A DNA stretch of 64,000 bases, taken from positions 5,773 through 69,772 of the forward strand of contig CAJJAP010000004.1 of the NCBI GenBank assembly GCA_905182185.1, in the 5' to 3' direction. This stretch comes from an uncultured Candidatus Poseidoniales archaeon. Its GTDB lineage: Archaea; Thermoplasmatota; Poseidoniia; Poseidoniales; Poseidoniaceae. Position 1 is the stretch's first letter; every line of letters begins with the position of its first letter. The notes under the pieces are model-generated. The model was given only the letters and a program-made list of their open reading frames with translations. It was not told where the DNA came from and ran no database searches. This document shows, one piece after another, positions 51,301 through 60,871 of this stretch. Both the position numbers and the translations under genes were made by a program.

Positions 51301-54280
51301 CATATCGTGCAGGTAATCCCGCCAAACGAGCCATTGTAACAAAGGCTGTGGAGAATTCAGAACAGGTTCCTTCCAATACATCTCCAACTAGAATATTTGT
51401 CAGATCCTCTTCGCTTGGAGCACCTGAACCATTGTAGTTTCTTTTGAATTCGGTAGTTGAGTTACCATTGATTAAGAAATCTGAAATCGCGGATGCTTTA
51501 GAATAAGCATCCGTTGCTCCTGCATCACTAATTACAGCATTTGTAATATTGAAAACACCAGAATTCATATGAGTTAGATCTTTGAAACTCGAGTCTAGTG
51601 CCAATTCATAGGCAAACCCTGGACTGGCGATTGAGGACGCTGAGTTGTTAGTCCAATCAAAGTAATACTCTGAATTATTGACCCATAATTCACTGAGTGG
51701 ACCCGGATTAGCAGTAACCAAATAGGTATCATTTGACACATCTAAAGAAGCAATAGCATCTGCCCAGAATGAAAGTTCAGTCCATGAATCAGGCATTGGC
51801 ACTGCTCCATTCATTATTGGATTATTCATTTGAACGGTCCACTGAATAGTATCATTTGCGAAGGTTAAGTCAGCGAGATTGGTCTTGTTAGTAGTCGGTA
51901 CACTAACGATTGTACTTGGATGAACTGTTCCTAGGTGAGCATATGTAGTACCTGTATAGAAATCGTTAGTGGTTTGTCTCCATCGGTGCATCATGAAAAC
52001 ATCTACGACACCTGTTGTGTTATTTGCCCAAAATACTACTTCGTTTGAAATTGTATCATCGGCTGGGTCCCATGGATTGAATGGTGATCCTACACAATTT
52101 ACAAACCAAAACTGTATCGGACATTCATCTCCATCTAGCATTCCTCCGCCATCGGTGTCTGGGTTGGTCCAATCTGTTCCAGTTTGGTTTTCTATTGCAT
52201 CAGGAATTCCATCACCATCAAAATCATCAGCGAGTAAATCATCACTTGGGTCGTTTTCTGGATTTGTACCATCAAAGTATTCTGAATTATCATCAACACC
52301 ACCACCATCGGTATCAGTAGCAGATATATCTGTAACCCAAACGTCTAGGGAGCCATTTGAGATTCCTATCCAAGATAAATCGCAACCAGTAGTAACTTCA
52401 AAGTAATTGTTTAGCCCATCAAGGTCGTCATCTAGTAGATTGGAACAAGCTTGTGTTGGATCTGTTCCATCTCTCCTGACCTCATCATAATCACTTACTC
52501 CGTCACCATCGGTATCGGATAATGAAGGATTTGAAAACCATCCAAATGTTCCAAGTAACTCTTGCCAGTCAGCCAATCCATCTCCATCAGAATCAGTGTA
52601 GTCATCATCACAATAATTTTGAGTTGTCAGTATGGTCCCTGCTTGTGTTGCACTATAATGACAGAAGGAACCGTTACGATTCTCTATACTTATCACACCG
52701 GGACCGGGACCTGTCGAGACCCCTTGAATAATATTATTGACAACTGACGCATAGGCGAACGAACTGGTCGCCCCCGATGCATTATACCACCCTACACCTC
52801 CTGCAGGATTAAATCCTGAGCCATCACTAACAGCGAGTTGACTTGTTCCACTATTCCATGAAACAAATGGTGTTGAATAGTTTATAATTGAATCACAAGG
52901 GTTTGTTCCGTGCGAAACATTTCGCTCCTCACCATCATTTATTCCGCCGAAATCGGTATCTGCGATATCCCAAGTAGTACAAGAAAGGTTTTCCTCCCAA
53001 TTTTGAATTCCATCGCCATCTGCATCACCTGAATCTTCGCGACGGGTTGGGTCTGTTTCTCCTGCATCCATTATGCCATTAGAGTTCAAATCTTCTTCGC
53101 CATCATCAAATGCATCGTCGTCAGTATTGTTATCTCGAGGGTCACTCGCTTGAGGAGGGTTTCCATAAGCACCATTGATTTCTACTCCATCACTGATTCC
53201 ATCGCCATCGGTATCGGCAGAAGTAGGATCTGTCAATAATGTCAGTGCCTCGTAAGAATCGTTTAATCCATCGCCATCAGTATCTGCTTTTTGTGGGTTG
53301 GTAGACATTATTCCATCAACCTCTGCTGTAAGAGTTGCACAGGCACCAGGCCCAATTCCTTGAGCAGGGTTACAAGGTGAAACTGTTTCAGTCACTATAC
53401 CATCTGGACCATTGCGGAAACAAGGTGATGCGCCGCACATAGTAGTCCAAGAAGGGTTGACATATTCCATTAAATTATTTAGTCCATCGCCATCAGGGTC
53501 TCCATTTGCCCCATCTGCGTTAGATGCTTGTGTGGCATTCAAACCGTTTGCTGCTTCCCAACCATCAGGCATTCCATCGCCATCAGTATCCCATCCAGCA
53601 ACGTCTTCATCAGCGACTCCGTCACCATCGTCATCATTGCTTGAACAATCTTGATCACCATCATTATCTGAATCGGCGGAATCAATGAATCCATCTTTAT
53701 CATCATCAAATCCATTCGCACAAATATTTCCAACAGGGTCTTCATCGCACAAAATTATAGATCCCGTTCCATCATTTCCGCTGCCTCCACAAGCAACTCT
53801 TGTGTATTGCATTGCGTTTTCTTCATCCCAGTCGTTTACTGGAACAGTACCATTCCACCAAACTCCTTTATCGAGCACATTTGCAGTTGTAGTTGAATCC
53901 CACCCAGTAGGAAGTAGGTAGTTGTATTCCATCAAATTGGTCATGCTATCGCCATCAGGGTCACCCGTGGCTCCATCTATTCCTTGACTTGATAATGGAT
54001 TCAATCCATATTGCCATTCCCATCCATCCGGTAGACCATCATTATCTGAATCTGGGTCATTTGGCTGAGTCCTCATCAAATATTCAAGACCATATGTCAA
54101 ACCATCACCATCTTGGTCTGATGCTGCTAAAGCACTGTAAGAATAAAAATCAATTGTTGCGAATGTAGATAGCAACATTAGCATCACTAATGAGAGTGAT
54201 TTGGCAACATCACGATGCTTCAAAATCTGCAATCCTGGGCGCGCCAAAGCGGGGGGGGAATACTTGCGCATAGTTTTCAC
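45347..54280 (-). CDS. Giant (2977 aa) surface protein: DxDxDG repeats, transglutaminase-like domain, Ig-like repeats, TM and DUF4129-like tail
   Basis: Signal peptide; SDNDGLPDGWE-type repeats; GTCSEF..ARLAGLPARYVTGF..WGEV..WVAFD; C-terminal YQDL..ETVREF..FEMARYS. Confidence 0.85.
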   Translation of the reverse strand: MKTMRKYSPPALARPGLQILKHRDVAKSLSLVMLMLLSTFATIDFYSYSALAASDQDGDGLTYGLEYLMRTQPNDPDSDNDGLPDGWEWQYGLNPLSSQGIDGATGDPDGDSMTNLMEYNYLLPTGWDSTTTANVLDKGVWWNGTVPVNDWDEENAMQYTRVACGGSGNDGTGSIILCDEDPVGNICANGFDDDKDGFIDSADSDNDGDQDCSSNDDDGDGVADEDVAGWDTDGDGMPDGWEAANGLNATQASNADGANGDPDGDGLNNLMEYVNPSWTTMCGASPCFRNGPDGIVTETVSPCNPAQGIGPGACATLTAEVDGIMSTNPQKADTDGDGLNDSYEALTLLTDPTSADTDGDGISDGVEINGAYGNPPQASDPRDNNTDDDAFDDGEEDLNSNGIMDAGETDPTRREDSGDADGDGIQNWEENLSCTTWDIADTDFGGINDGEERNVSHGTNPCDSIINYSTPFVSWNSGTSQLAVSDGSGFNPAGGVGWYNASGATSSFAYASVVNNIIQGVSTGPGPGVISIENRNGSFCHYSATQAGTILTTQNYCDDDYTDSDGDGLADWQELLGTFGWFSNPSLSDTDGDGVSDYDEVRRDGTDPTQACSNLLDDDLDGLNNYFEVTTGCDLSWIGISNGSLDVWVTDISATDTDGGGVDDNSEYFDGTNPENDPSDDLLADDFDGDGIPDAIENQTGTDWTNPDTDGGGMLDGDECPIQFWFVNCVGSPFNPWDPADDTISNEVVFWANNTTGVVDVFMMHRWRQTTNDFYTGTTYAHLGTVHPSTIVSVPTTNKTNLADLTFANDTIQWTVQMNNPIMNGAVPMPDSWTELSFWADAIASLDVSNDTYLVTANPGPLSELWVNNSEYYFDWTNNSASSIASPGFAYELALDSSFKDLTHMNSGVFNITNAVISDAGATDAYSKASAISDFLINGNSTTEFKRNYNGSGAPSEEDLTNILVGDVLEGTCSEFSTAFVTMARLAGLPARYVTGFVGGSWTGSGYEVYSKHRSTWGEVKLQQNSANGNLDMGWVAFDACPAAEEIEIVNQTASPLTWDRDGQTNLSVSGQLRFVANGTPLSEIQLIGYLVPLEEADQVPGAGGDPDRMFSSSISSADGNFTMNGIPVNAIRPGIHRLVVEHLQSGYVSHDGIILDMYVNITDDSVINHTSPQTIDSPVAGAGATTVIQGLLSFENPPTTWNGEIENQTVWLEFTSSVNGITNLSGDVGPGGIWSIVVDLDPLEFKTNLSATLGYSGWVDNSITTFTPPQFHLRPSTHTITLDIRDAPNLTATAEGPLANNSVFVLGDDIFINGSSMSIGATPVAMLGNLSLSIRQNDSGMEWLEVFNLTVNGSFTISHLLVAGDTPVAAGEIEIQLRFFPDILLATDDANVSVNVPYWLQGTLDFSIEAMPQMRGIATNVRVQIEDHRGVTQGFETIGNYDFFFDGNWVNTTSDPGSTVIGLSWDLNSSKIAYDYVLDINFNGSQYFQPSIGVGTLRTQAEVGWNISVGQDWNHLGTNTYIYGDIFDPVHLTPITGNDSILAILMQLPDGNMIDISQGMLNNSTGTFNLSVTMPINQPSNAYDFSLGMDFETVAQVGGAYYQLLDLSPPSDPPQPPNLPSVLVGIESEFVVQSERSKVIVEMNNSVFLNASIFDVADMSNVSDATVEFIFDYGNTNVTIGSVISDNFGNVSLTWSPIGISPGYYDLRMVVYDDLTDGLSQGNSRRYGNDTIVNVTVQVDSDFRIDSIPNTVTAGINFNVLGQVLDADNGSRPLISGVALTVFWLENPNETLIDGYITSSNGTFNISIPTDTLNNGTVRGMKTLVISVVEGSSPFYLTASTQNGILVMGVSRFENLQPLNPIIINRGDSVNITSKLVESSDMWQPLAGYDVAIEFHETWLVPTITDGEGFANFTHVVPTSHPLGLISVNIVFNGSSDLLSTNANLSTITIRAATILIVDTITANPVAGQSFNVSGRVVSDNGSGLEQRDGTDLLANILFTLDDNPTEFTVSNGTVMTGGFWNATITLSQTFMAGNHVVEASYVPNVNFYIGSEDNTTFDSRGYTTLVFIKPSIDGLGQPSLNDRTNRGDNVSLQILLRDNTGESVPQQAITVEIVGTSISAVFTTAANGTALGTLNVPSNLSVGPADLRVTFSGIAGTTGLLGSNATTQFAVLAETNLTITESPSALTAGDTFTVNGTLLDDLGLPLYINGVESLAIVHLLVDGIPVSSVETDAMSGTFSLSWVLPEDTSAGAHQIEVRFTGGRDWVDPIGVGDPANPDYYHPSNDIVSFNVSVPTKILLITPTGDVDREDSMTIQGRLLDLVDSPLSNMTIEIWLDGNWLTNVTTDVDGMFTAVHAVPADANLGPLSLETRFTGTAFYLPSQESGTWNVFSKVLVTVEMPSPVAVSQNITIIGSVVDNQLNPISGHQVELNVEGVMIAIVTTDAQGAFSYDWTIPDIFSFGDHTMDAISPAQGFYRSNTGNTTFFLAHRSDVTLIFDDGRDATRGDTWALSGRLFDIDTVNRDGIEGMMLSIILDDVEVATVTTDDAGVWNVVIPATMELARGEHTFTVNFVGTNAHLEASTNAIAIVWSDMVINLDETSSKIVTRSDGTFAPIILTGSIAEIGGQGEVFENLVLHIGNGTDCVNNREGASCIGGLLITWLNGNFSVSGPAPSWMESGSQWISIDAPRNDSLYLNAESTSQILFVKVNADFSIAIDKVVEGKNEDVSGNVIITAQDTGAGIPGISVTVYLYDGNDTQLSNPLQKITDENGLVEIGFNSDPPYGDASRWGEVYMDIIINDPRLSDESLATFAAIRQDGFAPSYSYAEDVQEVSMWAYVLMLLIAALGAAGVVMYKRKKSAEIMSDAAEIFAYTAELLAAGDSIREAIFNCYQDLCSLLQQRDFLRRDFETVREFEVAIRQAMPGISNDALVAMDNTFEMARYSREEMGGVHQEAAVQALNRMSTEITQLQKITPRT

Positions 54281-54435
54281 TAACCTCGGGTTGTTCTTTT
54301 ACCTCATAAGGGGAATGGTACGCTGTTCATACATTGCTCATTTAGAGATGGTACCGACATGTAGATAAACGGCAGACTGGGGCTTGATTGGCCCAATTGA
54401 TAAAAAGTTGTCAATGTTTCATTAGAAATGTTGCT

Positions 54436-57381
54436 TTAGAGATCATCTAACTCGTCGAGTAACTCTAAATCATCATCTTCTTCGATTTCGATTTGCACTT
54501 CTTCTTCCAAGGTATCTTCAGTAGTTTCAACTTCAAAGTCATCCTCGAATTCATATTCTTTTGCCTCACCAGATAATTTGGCCTTGTTATAGAAACTGTA
54601 TAGTCCGAGAATAATTATTACCATAATGATGGCTAATGTTGAAGGCTCTGGATTGATTATTTCAGTGAATATACAAGAGACACCGCTACATTCAGTCATA
54701 AACACAACCTCCTTGATTTGAGTGTAATTTCCGTCATATGGAGAATTCTCATCCATAGGAGTCATCGTTAGTGAAAATGAGACTTCCCCACTATTCTTCA
54801 ATTGAGAAGGAGATGTAATCTCCACTGAGAAATCACGAATAGAATATGCCGGCAAATAGAGGATGATGAATGGACCTCCTGCTTGATCGGATGAGGCTCT
54901 AATTACCCCTTCCCAATCAGTAGGCTCATCCAAAGTGATGACCACATCGAGAGGGACATTGTTTTGATTATCTATTTTAAATTCAATATTCTTTGTCTCA
55001 TCAGGTGAAAAACGTGTTTCTTCACTTTTTAATGTAACTACTAGGCGACCCGCACGAACATCTTTCTGGACTTCAATAACCACTGGTAGATCGAAGTATC
55101 TTGCGGTTTCAGCATCTACCCCTTCTTCGATAATGCGGGTGTAAATGGTATGATTTCCAGCTTCAACTTCAGAGAGTAAACCGATGTCCAATTTCAAATC
55201 AACATATTCACCTTGAATAAGAGTGACCACTACTATGTCGCTGTTTGAACCATTGGAAACGGCATAATCCCAATTCGCATAATTAGGATTAGTATCTGTG
55301 TTTCTAGACAGTGAATCTGGTTTAATTATTCTCCATGTTGTTTGTGAGTTTCCACTTTCACTTGAGTCGGTAATGCGTAAGTTAAACCACATACTTGCAT
55401 CAGGTGCTACCGGTCCCACGTGTGCCAAAGTACCGCTATCACTATCCGCAGTAACTTCGACAAGAACTCCAAATGTACGATGTACAGTAAATCCGACTTC
55501 AGTTTCCAAGTCAGCCTCACCGGAACTACTAAACGTCATTTTAATCAATCCAATATCTTGGGAATCTCTATCGTCTGGAGGATATACTTCCATCCTTACA
55601 ATCATGATTTGATGTGAACCAATCTCAGGTGTCAATGAATGAATACCCTCCTCAGTCAATTCTAAACCGGACTCATTGTCGTATAGACGATATTGCCAAG
55701 CATCTGGTAAATCAACCACTCTAATGCGGAAGTAATCATTATCAAACCCAGAATTAAATACATCGATGAAGAACATTCCTGTTTCACTCTCATCTACATA
55801 GTGCGAGATAGATTCGTCATATGCTTCTGGTCTTGTTGAATCTGCAATCTGCCTTTGATGCTCTACATCTTCGAAAATTGAGATTCTAGGTGCTGAGAAC
55901 ACGCCTACCTCTTCTACTTCTAAGTACAGTGTTTTTATTGCAACTTCAACTGTTTGTCCTTCATCGTTTTGTGCGTATGCTCTGGCCTCTATTTTCAACC
56001 GATCAGGAGCGCTGGACAAATCACCATTAGGCACATCTATTTGGAGAATAGGAATAATCGATGCTCCGCCGCTACTCAATGTATACCCGCCAGGTTGGTC
56101 CCATATTGGTTCGGACCAAGTAGAAGGTAATCCAGGGAATGCTAAATCCATTTGGATTTCAATAGTTGATTCGGAGGAACCAGTATGCTCAAGTAAAAAT
56201 TGAACTGATGAAGTTTGACCTGGGGCAATAAGAACTACATCTGGTTGAACCAACGGTAAACTAAGGAATACATCATGCTCTACCAATGTGATTCCTTCAT
56301 GATTGAAAATTACATTATGGCCTTGCACATCGCTTATTTCAAGGTATAACGGATAGTCTCCCGCAGCCATCCCCGCATCATAAGTCATTGTGAAATTACC
56401 TACTAGTCCATTATTATCCAATCTCAAATCGTCCTCGGTAAAGGTCTTATCAAATACAGAAGTTGCACCATTAGGAGTACTCATTACCAAGTTTACACCT
56501 TGGATGTCGTCTCTTCCAAATGCATCTCTTACATCAATTGAAAAATGCATTTCCCTAAACTCTGGGCGATGGTTTGGAGACCATTCTACTTTTTCATTAT
56601 CGCTCCATCCACATCCATAATCTGCATGACAACTGTGAACTTTTACTGCTGAACCAGAAAGTGCATTCGCTTTTATTTCAAGTTTCGAGGTGGTTTCAGT
56701 TTGATCGAAATCACCAAATTGGATTGAAACATCACAATCTCCACCTTGCCCGATTCCGCCACCACCTTCACAGGTAGCTTGAGCATCAACGCGAAGTTTC
56801 AATTGCTTCCCATTAGGAACTGTAAAACCAGATTCCGGAATGTCAAAAGATACAAAGTTCATTGTATAAGTGCAAGAAGATGACCCAGGGAAGCCAGTTT
56901 CAGCACATGGGTCCTCTAGAGTTTCGGTATATGAGGCAATGTCTGAATCACCTGCCTCCAAAGAGTATGTCACATCGGCAGTTGAACCTTCACTGCCTTG
57001 GAATTGTAAATAGATTGACAATTGTACTGTGTTTTGAGTCCCAACTCCAAACACTTGTAAATCACTAATCATTTCTCCGCTGCGGAATTCAAGACCTCCC
57101 AACGCACTCTCTTGTTGTTGGGCTCCGTCTGGTTCAGAAGTAGAAATCGAACCATCTCCTCCATTTTCCGATACCGGCTCATCTAGATACAAGTCATAAG
57201 ATTCAATCGACCCGACTACATTAGAAACTTCAGATTTAGTCTCTAATGCCATTGCTGCATCATTTGTATCAACATTAGAGAACATTGCAAGAGGTGCAAG
57301 AGCACCGATCATTACGCCAACAAGAATCAATGGGATAAGCATGCTATTTACGCTTCTCTTGCTTGTCAGCATCTTGTTCAT
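54436..57381 (-). CDS. Large membrane-anchored secreted protein with repeated Ig-like beta-sandwich domains
   Basis: GAGGT RBS before ATG 57381; signal anchor; IDNQNNVPLDV..W-type repeats; C-terminal TM and acidic tail. Confidence 0.75.
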   Translation of the reverse strand: MNKMLTSKRSVNSMLIPLILVGVMIGALAPLAMFSNVDTNDAAMALETKSEVSNVVGSIESYDLYLDEPVSENGGDGSISTSEPDGAQQQESALGGLEFRSGEMISDLQVFGVGTQNTVQLSIYLQFQGSEGSTADVTYSLEAGDSDIASYTETLEDPCAETGFPGSSSCTYTMNFVSFDIPESGFTVPNGKQLKLRVDAQATCEGGGGIGQGGDCDVSIQFGDFDQTETTSKLEIKANALSGSAVKVHSCHADYGCGWSDNEKVEWSPNHRPEFREMHFSIDVRDAFGRDDIQGVNLVMSTPNGATSVFDKTFTEDDLRLDNNGLVGNFTMTYDAGMAAGDYPLYLEISDVQGHNVIFNHEGITLVEHDVFLSLPLVQPDVVLIAPGQTSSVQFLLEHTGSSESTIEIQMDLAFPGLPSTWSEPIWDQPGGYTLSSGGASIIPILQIDVPNGDLSSAPDRLKIEARAYAQNDEGQTVEVAIKTLYLEVEEVGVFSAPRISIFEDVEHQRQIADSTRPEAYDESISHYVDESETGMFFIDVFNSGFDNDYFRIRVVDLPDAWQYRLYDNESGLELTEEGIHSLTPEIGSHQIMIVRMEVYPPDDRDSQDIGLIKMTFSSSGEADLETEVGFTVHRTFGVLVEVTADSDSGTLAHVGPVAPDASMWFNLRITDSSESGNSQTTWRIIKPDSLSRNTDTNPNYANWDYAVSNGSNSDIVVVTLIQGEYVDLKLDIGLLSEVEAGNHTIYTRIIEEGVDAETARYFDLPVVIEVQKDVRAGRLVVTLKSEETRFSPDETKNIEFKIDNQNNVPLDVVITLDEPTDWEGVIRASSDQAGGPFIILYLPAYSIRDFSVEITSPSQLKNSGEVSFSLTMTPMDENSPYDGNYTQIKEVVFMTECSGVSCIFTEIINPEPSTLAIIMVIIILGLYSFYNKAKLSGEAKEYEFEDDFEVETTEDTLEEEVQIEIEEDDDLELLDELDDL

Positions 57382-57590
57382 ACCTCGGCCTGCCCAACCG
57401 ATGGTTAAACCGTTTTGCATCATTTGCTCTCTAATCACCCCCTCTACGAGGGGGAATGATAAAGCCAACAATCAGTATTTATTCCTTCATCTAGTGATGT
57501 TCTTTGTCAAACTATTAACAAAATAATGACTTCAATCTCTGTTAGAAAAAGAGTATCATTGAAAGACTCTAGGCGACCCGACCAGTTTAC

Positions 57591-57673
57591 GCAGGGGTGG
57601 CTGAGGCGGTCAAAGGCGCCGGGCTTAAGATCCGGTCCTTATGGGTTCGTGGGTTCGAATCCCACCCCCTGCA
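57591..57673 (+). tRNA. tRNA-Leu (UAA)
   Basis: GCAGGGG acceptor stem pairing with CCCCTGC; anticodon arm CCGGG-CTTAAGA-TCCGG; long variable arm; GGTTCGAATCC. Confidence 0.96.
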
Positions 57674-57705
57674 TCTATTTTCACAGATTTTCATAGAAGG
57701 AGATT

Positions 57706-58452
57706 TTACTCATTTAGAGACCAGCCACCATCGACGGCGATCACTTGCCCAGAAAGATGAGGGCTGTTGATGAGAAATAATATCGCCTTGGCAACATCCT
57801 CTGGCTGACCTTCTCTACCGAGAGGAACTTTTTCAATAATGGAAGCATAATGAGAGACCTCCCAATCAGCAGCTAACACTGCTCCAGGAGCCACACAATT
57901 TACTCTTATTTCGGGTGCTAATTCCCCTGCTAAATTCATCATTAATTGACGTAATCCAGCCTTGCTTGAAGTATAGTGCGAGAGCCCCACCCAAGAGCGC
58001 CCTAAAGAGGTGTCAACTATTCCAATTACACTGCCGTTAACAGACTTTATTTGCGGTATTAATGCCTGAGTCAAGAGGAATGGTACTTCAACATGAATCC
58101 GATTCATAAATCGTAAATCATCCAAAGAAATATCCTCTACATCCTTTGGTTTATAGAATGAAGCATTATGTATTAGGGCGCAAATCCCATCCGCTTCAAT
58201 TACTTTTTTTGAAGATTTTACCTCTGCGATAAAGCGCTCTAGTTGTTCATCTACTTGGAAGTCTGCTCGAATGATTTCTGCACTCGACTTAGACCCAGTT
58301 TTTTGCTCAAAATCATCAACTAATTGTTGTGCTTCTTGCAGACTATTATTAACGTGAATAATGACATGCCAACCCATCTCTAAAAAGGCAGTGGAAATCG
58401 CCGCTCCGATTCTCTTTCCACCACCGGTAATGATAGCGACTGGCTTGGCCAT
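57706..58452 (-). CDS. Short-chain dehydrogenase/reductase, pteridine-reductase (FolM/PTR1)-like
   Basis: TGGGKRIG (Arg typical of PTR/FolM), IHNAS, YTSSK, VNCVAPG, VDGG. Confidence 0.75.
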   Translation of the reverse strand: MAKPVAIITGGGKRIGAAISTAFLEMGWHVIIHVNNSLQEAQQLVDDFEQKTGSKSSAEIIRADFQVDEQLERFIAEVKSSKKVIEADGICALIHNASFYKPKDVEDISLDDLRFMNRIHVEVPFLLTQALIPQIKSVNGSVIGIVDTSLGRSWVGLSHYTSSKAGLRQLMMNLAGELAPEIRVNCVAPGAVLAADWEVSHYASIIEKVPLGREGQPEDVAKAILFLINSPHLSGQVIAVDGGWSLNE

Positions 58453-58586
58453 ATCAATCCTAAAATGCACTCCGCTTTTCAAGTCTTGTTTGATGTAATT
58501 CCCACTTTGAAGAAGATATTGAAACCATACACCCTCACACACCTTTTTGATAGGCGAATCGTGGCATTGGGTGAGGGGGAAGAAGA

Positions 58587-59616
58587 ATGACAGGCAAACC
58601 ACTTCCTATGGCGCAAACAATTTCTCCTGCTTTGCGAGAAAAACCAAAGCGTGAAAGATTGCCTGAATGGTTTAGAACTTCATTACCAAATGGCAAACAG
58701 CAAGCCATTTTCAATGAAACTAAGGCAGCGGTTGCAGATAATAAATTACATACTGTTTGCCAAGAAGCTCGTTGCCCGAATATCCACGATTGTTGGGCTA
58801 GCGGTGATGCTACATTCATGATCGCAGGTCAAGAATGTACTCGTGGCTGCCGCTTCTGCGCAGTTGGAACTATCAAAACCCCACCACCACTTGATGCGGA
58901 TGAACCAAAGAATCTTGCTGAAGCAGTTACTTCAATGAATCTAAAACATGTCGTCATCACCGTTGTAAATAGAGATGACCTGCCTGATTCTGGTGCTGAA
59001 CATTACAAGAAATGTATCGAAGCAGTTCATCTCGCTCAGCCACATATCACCCTGGAATTACTTTGTTCAGACCTCGCAGGAGACATGGATGCATTAGCAG
59101 ATTTACTTCACAAACTCACCACTCTCAGTATTCGCTCATAATGTGGAGTGTGTGCCGCGACTTGACAAAGCGGTGAGAGACCATCGGGCAAGTTTCTCAC
59201 AATCGATTTCAATTTTGGCCGAGGCAAAAAGATTGAGGCCTGATATTTTGACAAAGTCGTCAATAATGGTCGGGGTAGGAGAAACCGATGAAGAAATTAC
59301 TCAAACTCTACAATTGCTAAGAGATGCAAATGTGGATTTAGTGACTATCGGACAATATCTTGCACCTTCATCAAAGCACCTCACAGTTGACCGATTCCCA
59401 CAACCTGAAAAGTATGACACTTGGGCAAAACAAGCTATTGACATGGGATTCAGCGGTATTGCCAGTGGACCATTGGTTCGTTCATCTTTCAAAGCAGGCC
59501 TACTGCTAAGAAAATCACAAGACCCAAACAACTCAGAATCCATGCCCGGCGCCTATGTTTATGTTGGGGCATTGCAAGACAAGCAAACGGCATCACTTAA
59601 GGCGGATATTGATTGA
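58587..59616 (+). CDS. lipA: Lipoyl synthase, +1 frameshift near 59108
   Basis: CQEARCPNIHDC (CX4CX5C), CTRGCRFC. Removing one base restores LLTNSPLSVFAHNVECVPRL and joins ORF 59143..59616 (TKSSIMVG, GQYL, RSS). Confidence 0.92.
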
Positions 59617-59625
59617 GGTGAGACG

Positions 59626-60867
59626 ATGACGGACAGAAAGACGCTGATTACGAGTCCTTACACCCTCGGCGCACCGCCATCACGGCCCGGAGAAACTACC
59701 GATTTCGGGGGTAAATGGAAAGAGCAGCCAGAAGATTTGGGCCGCCCAGATCCTGCAACGTGCAGTTCACAAGATACCGCCTCTCATGCCTCTGGATTAA
59801 TTAGGGTCCTAAATGACAAAGGTGAAGCAAAGGGTGAATGGAATCCCAAGTTGAAATCTGAAACTTTAATCGAGGGCCTAGAATACATGATGCGTTTGAG
59901 AATTTTTGACGACCGAATGATCAAAATGCAGCGCACTGGTAAACTTTCATTCTATATGCGTTCATTGGGTGAAGAGGCAGTTGCTATTGCACAGACTATG
60001 GCACTGCAGGAACAAGATTGGATTTTCCCATCATATCGACAACCTGGAGCTCAATTCGTTAGAGGAAGAAGTATGGTAAGCATGATATGCCATTGTATTG
60101 GGAACACTGAAGACAATGTTAAGGGAAGGCAAATGCCAGTTCACTACACATGGAAAGAAGGAAGATTCATCTCTATATCTAGCCCTGTTGGAACTCAATT
60201 TTCACAAGCGGTTGGAGTTGCGATGGCCAGTGCCTACAAAGGTGATGATGAAGTTTGTATTTCTTGGCTAGGTGATGGAACATCTGCTCAAGGTGACTAT
60301 CATTACGCTCTTAATTTCGCTTCAACTTTCAAACCACCTGTTATTCTAAATGTTGTAAATAACCAATGGGCCATCTCAACCCATAGAAATTTAGCAACTG
60401 GTGGAAGAACTTTCGCAGAACGTGGATTAGCATATGACATTCCAAGTTTCAGAGTTGATGGCAATGATTTCCTCGCACTATACAGTGTTACTAAGTGGGC
60501 TCGTGACCGTGCTGGTGCTGGATTAGGACCGACTCATATCGAAGTTTACACCTACCGTACTGGCCCTCACTCATCTTCCGATGACCCAAGTGTCTATCGT
60601 CCAGCGGATGAGTTTGCTTCGTGGCCTGGTGGCGACCCGATTGAAAGATTGAAAGAGCACCTCATCAACAAAGGAGATTGGGATGAGGAGAAAGATGCTG
60701 CCTTGGAAAAGAAAATCGACGCTGAGGTAATGACTGCCTACAAAGAAGCATGTAAATTTGGAGATTTGGCAAGTGGCCCATATCCTCCAGCAAGTACAAT
60801 CTTTACCGAAGTATACGAAACTGTACCTTGGCATATTCAAGAACAGCGCGAGGAATTAGGGAAGTGA
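59626..60867 (+). CDS. bkdA1: 2-oxoacid dehydrogenase E1 alpha, probably branched-chain (BCKDH)
   Basis: YMRSLGEEA, SSPVGTQ, TPP motif GDGTSAQGD..NNQW, HSSSDDPS. Confidence 0.8.
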   Translation: MTDRKTLITSPYTLGAPPSRPGETTDFGGKWKEQPEDLGRPDPATCSSQDTASHASGLIRVLNDKGEAKGEWNPKLKSETLIEGLEYMMRLRIFDDRMIKMQRTGKLSFYMRSLGEEAVAIAQTMALQEQDWIFPSYRQPGAQFVRGRSMVSMICHCIGNTEDNVKGRQMPVHYTWKEGRFISISSPVGTQFSQAVGVAMASAYKGDDEVCISWLGDGTSAQGDYHYALNFASTFKPPVILNVVNNQWAISTHRNLATGGRTFAERGLAYDIPSFRVDGNDFLALYSVTKWARDRAGAGLGPTHIEVYTYRTGPHSSSDDPSVYRPADEFASWPGGDPIERLKEHLINKGDWDEEKDAALEKKIDAEVMTAYKEACKFGDLASGPYPPASTIFTEVYETVPWHIQEQREELGK

Positions 60868-60871
60868 TATC

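Noticed and set aside
57591-57705. tRNA-targeted integrated element at tRNA-Leu or tRNA-Lys
   Set aside because: No integrase and no duplicated tRNA 3' end noticed; flanking genes are housekeeping or typical surface genes.
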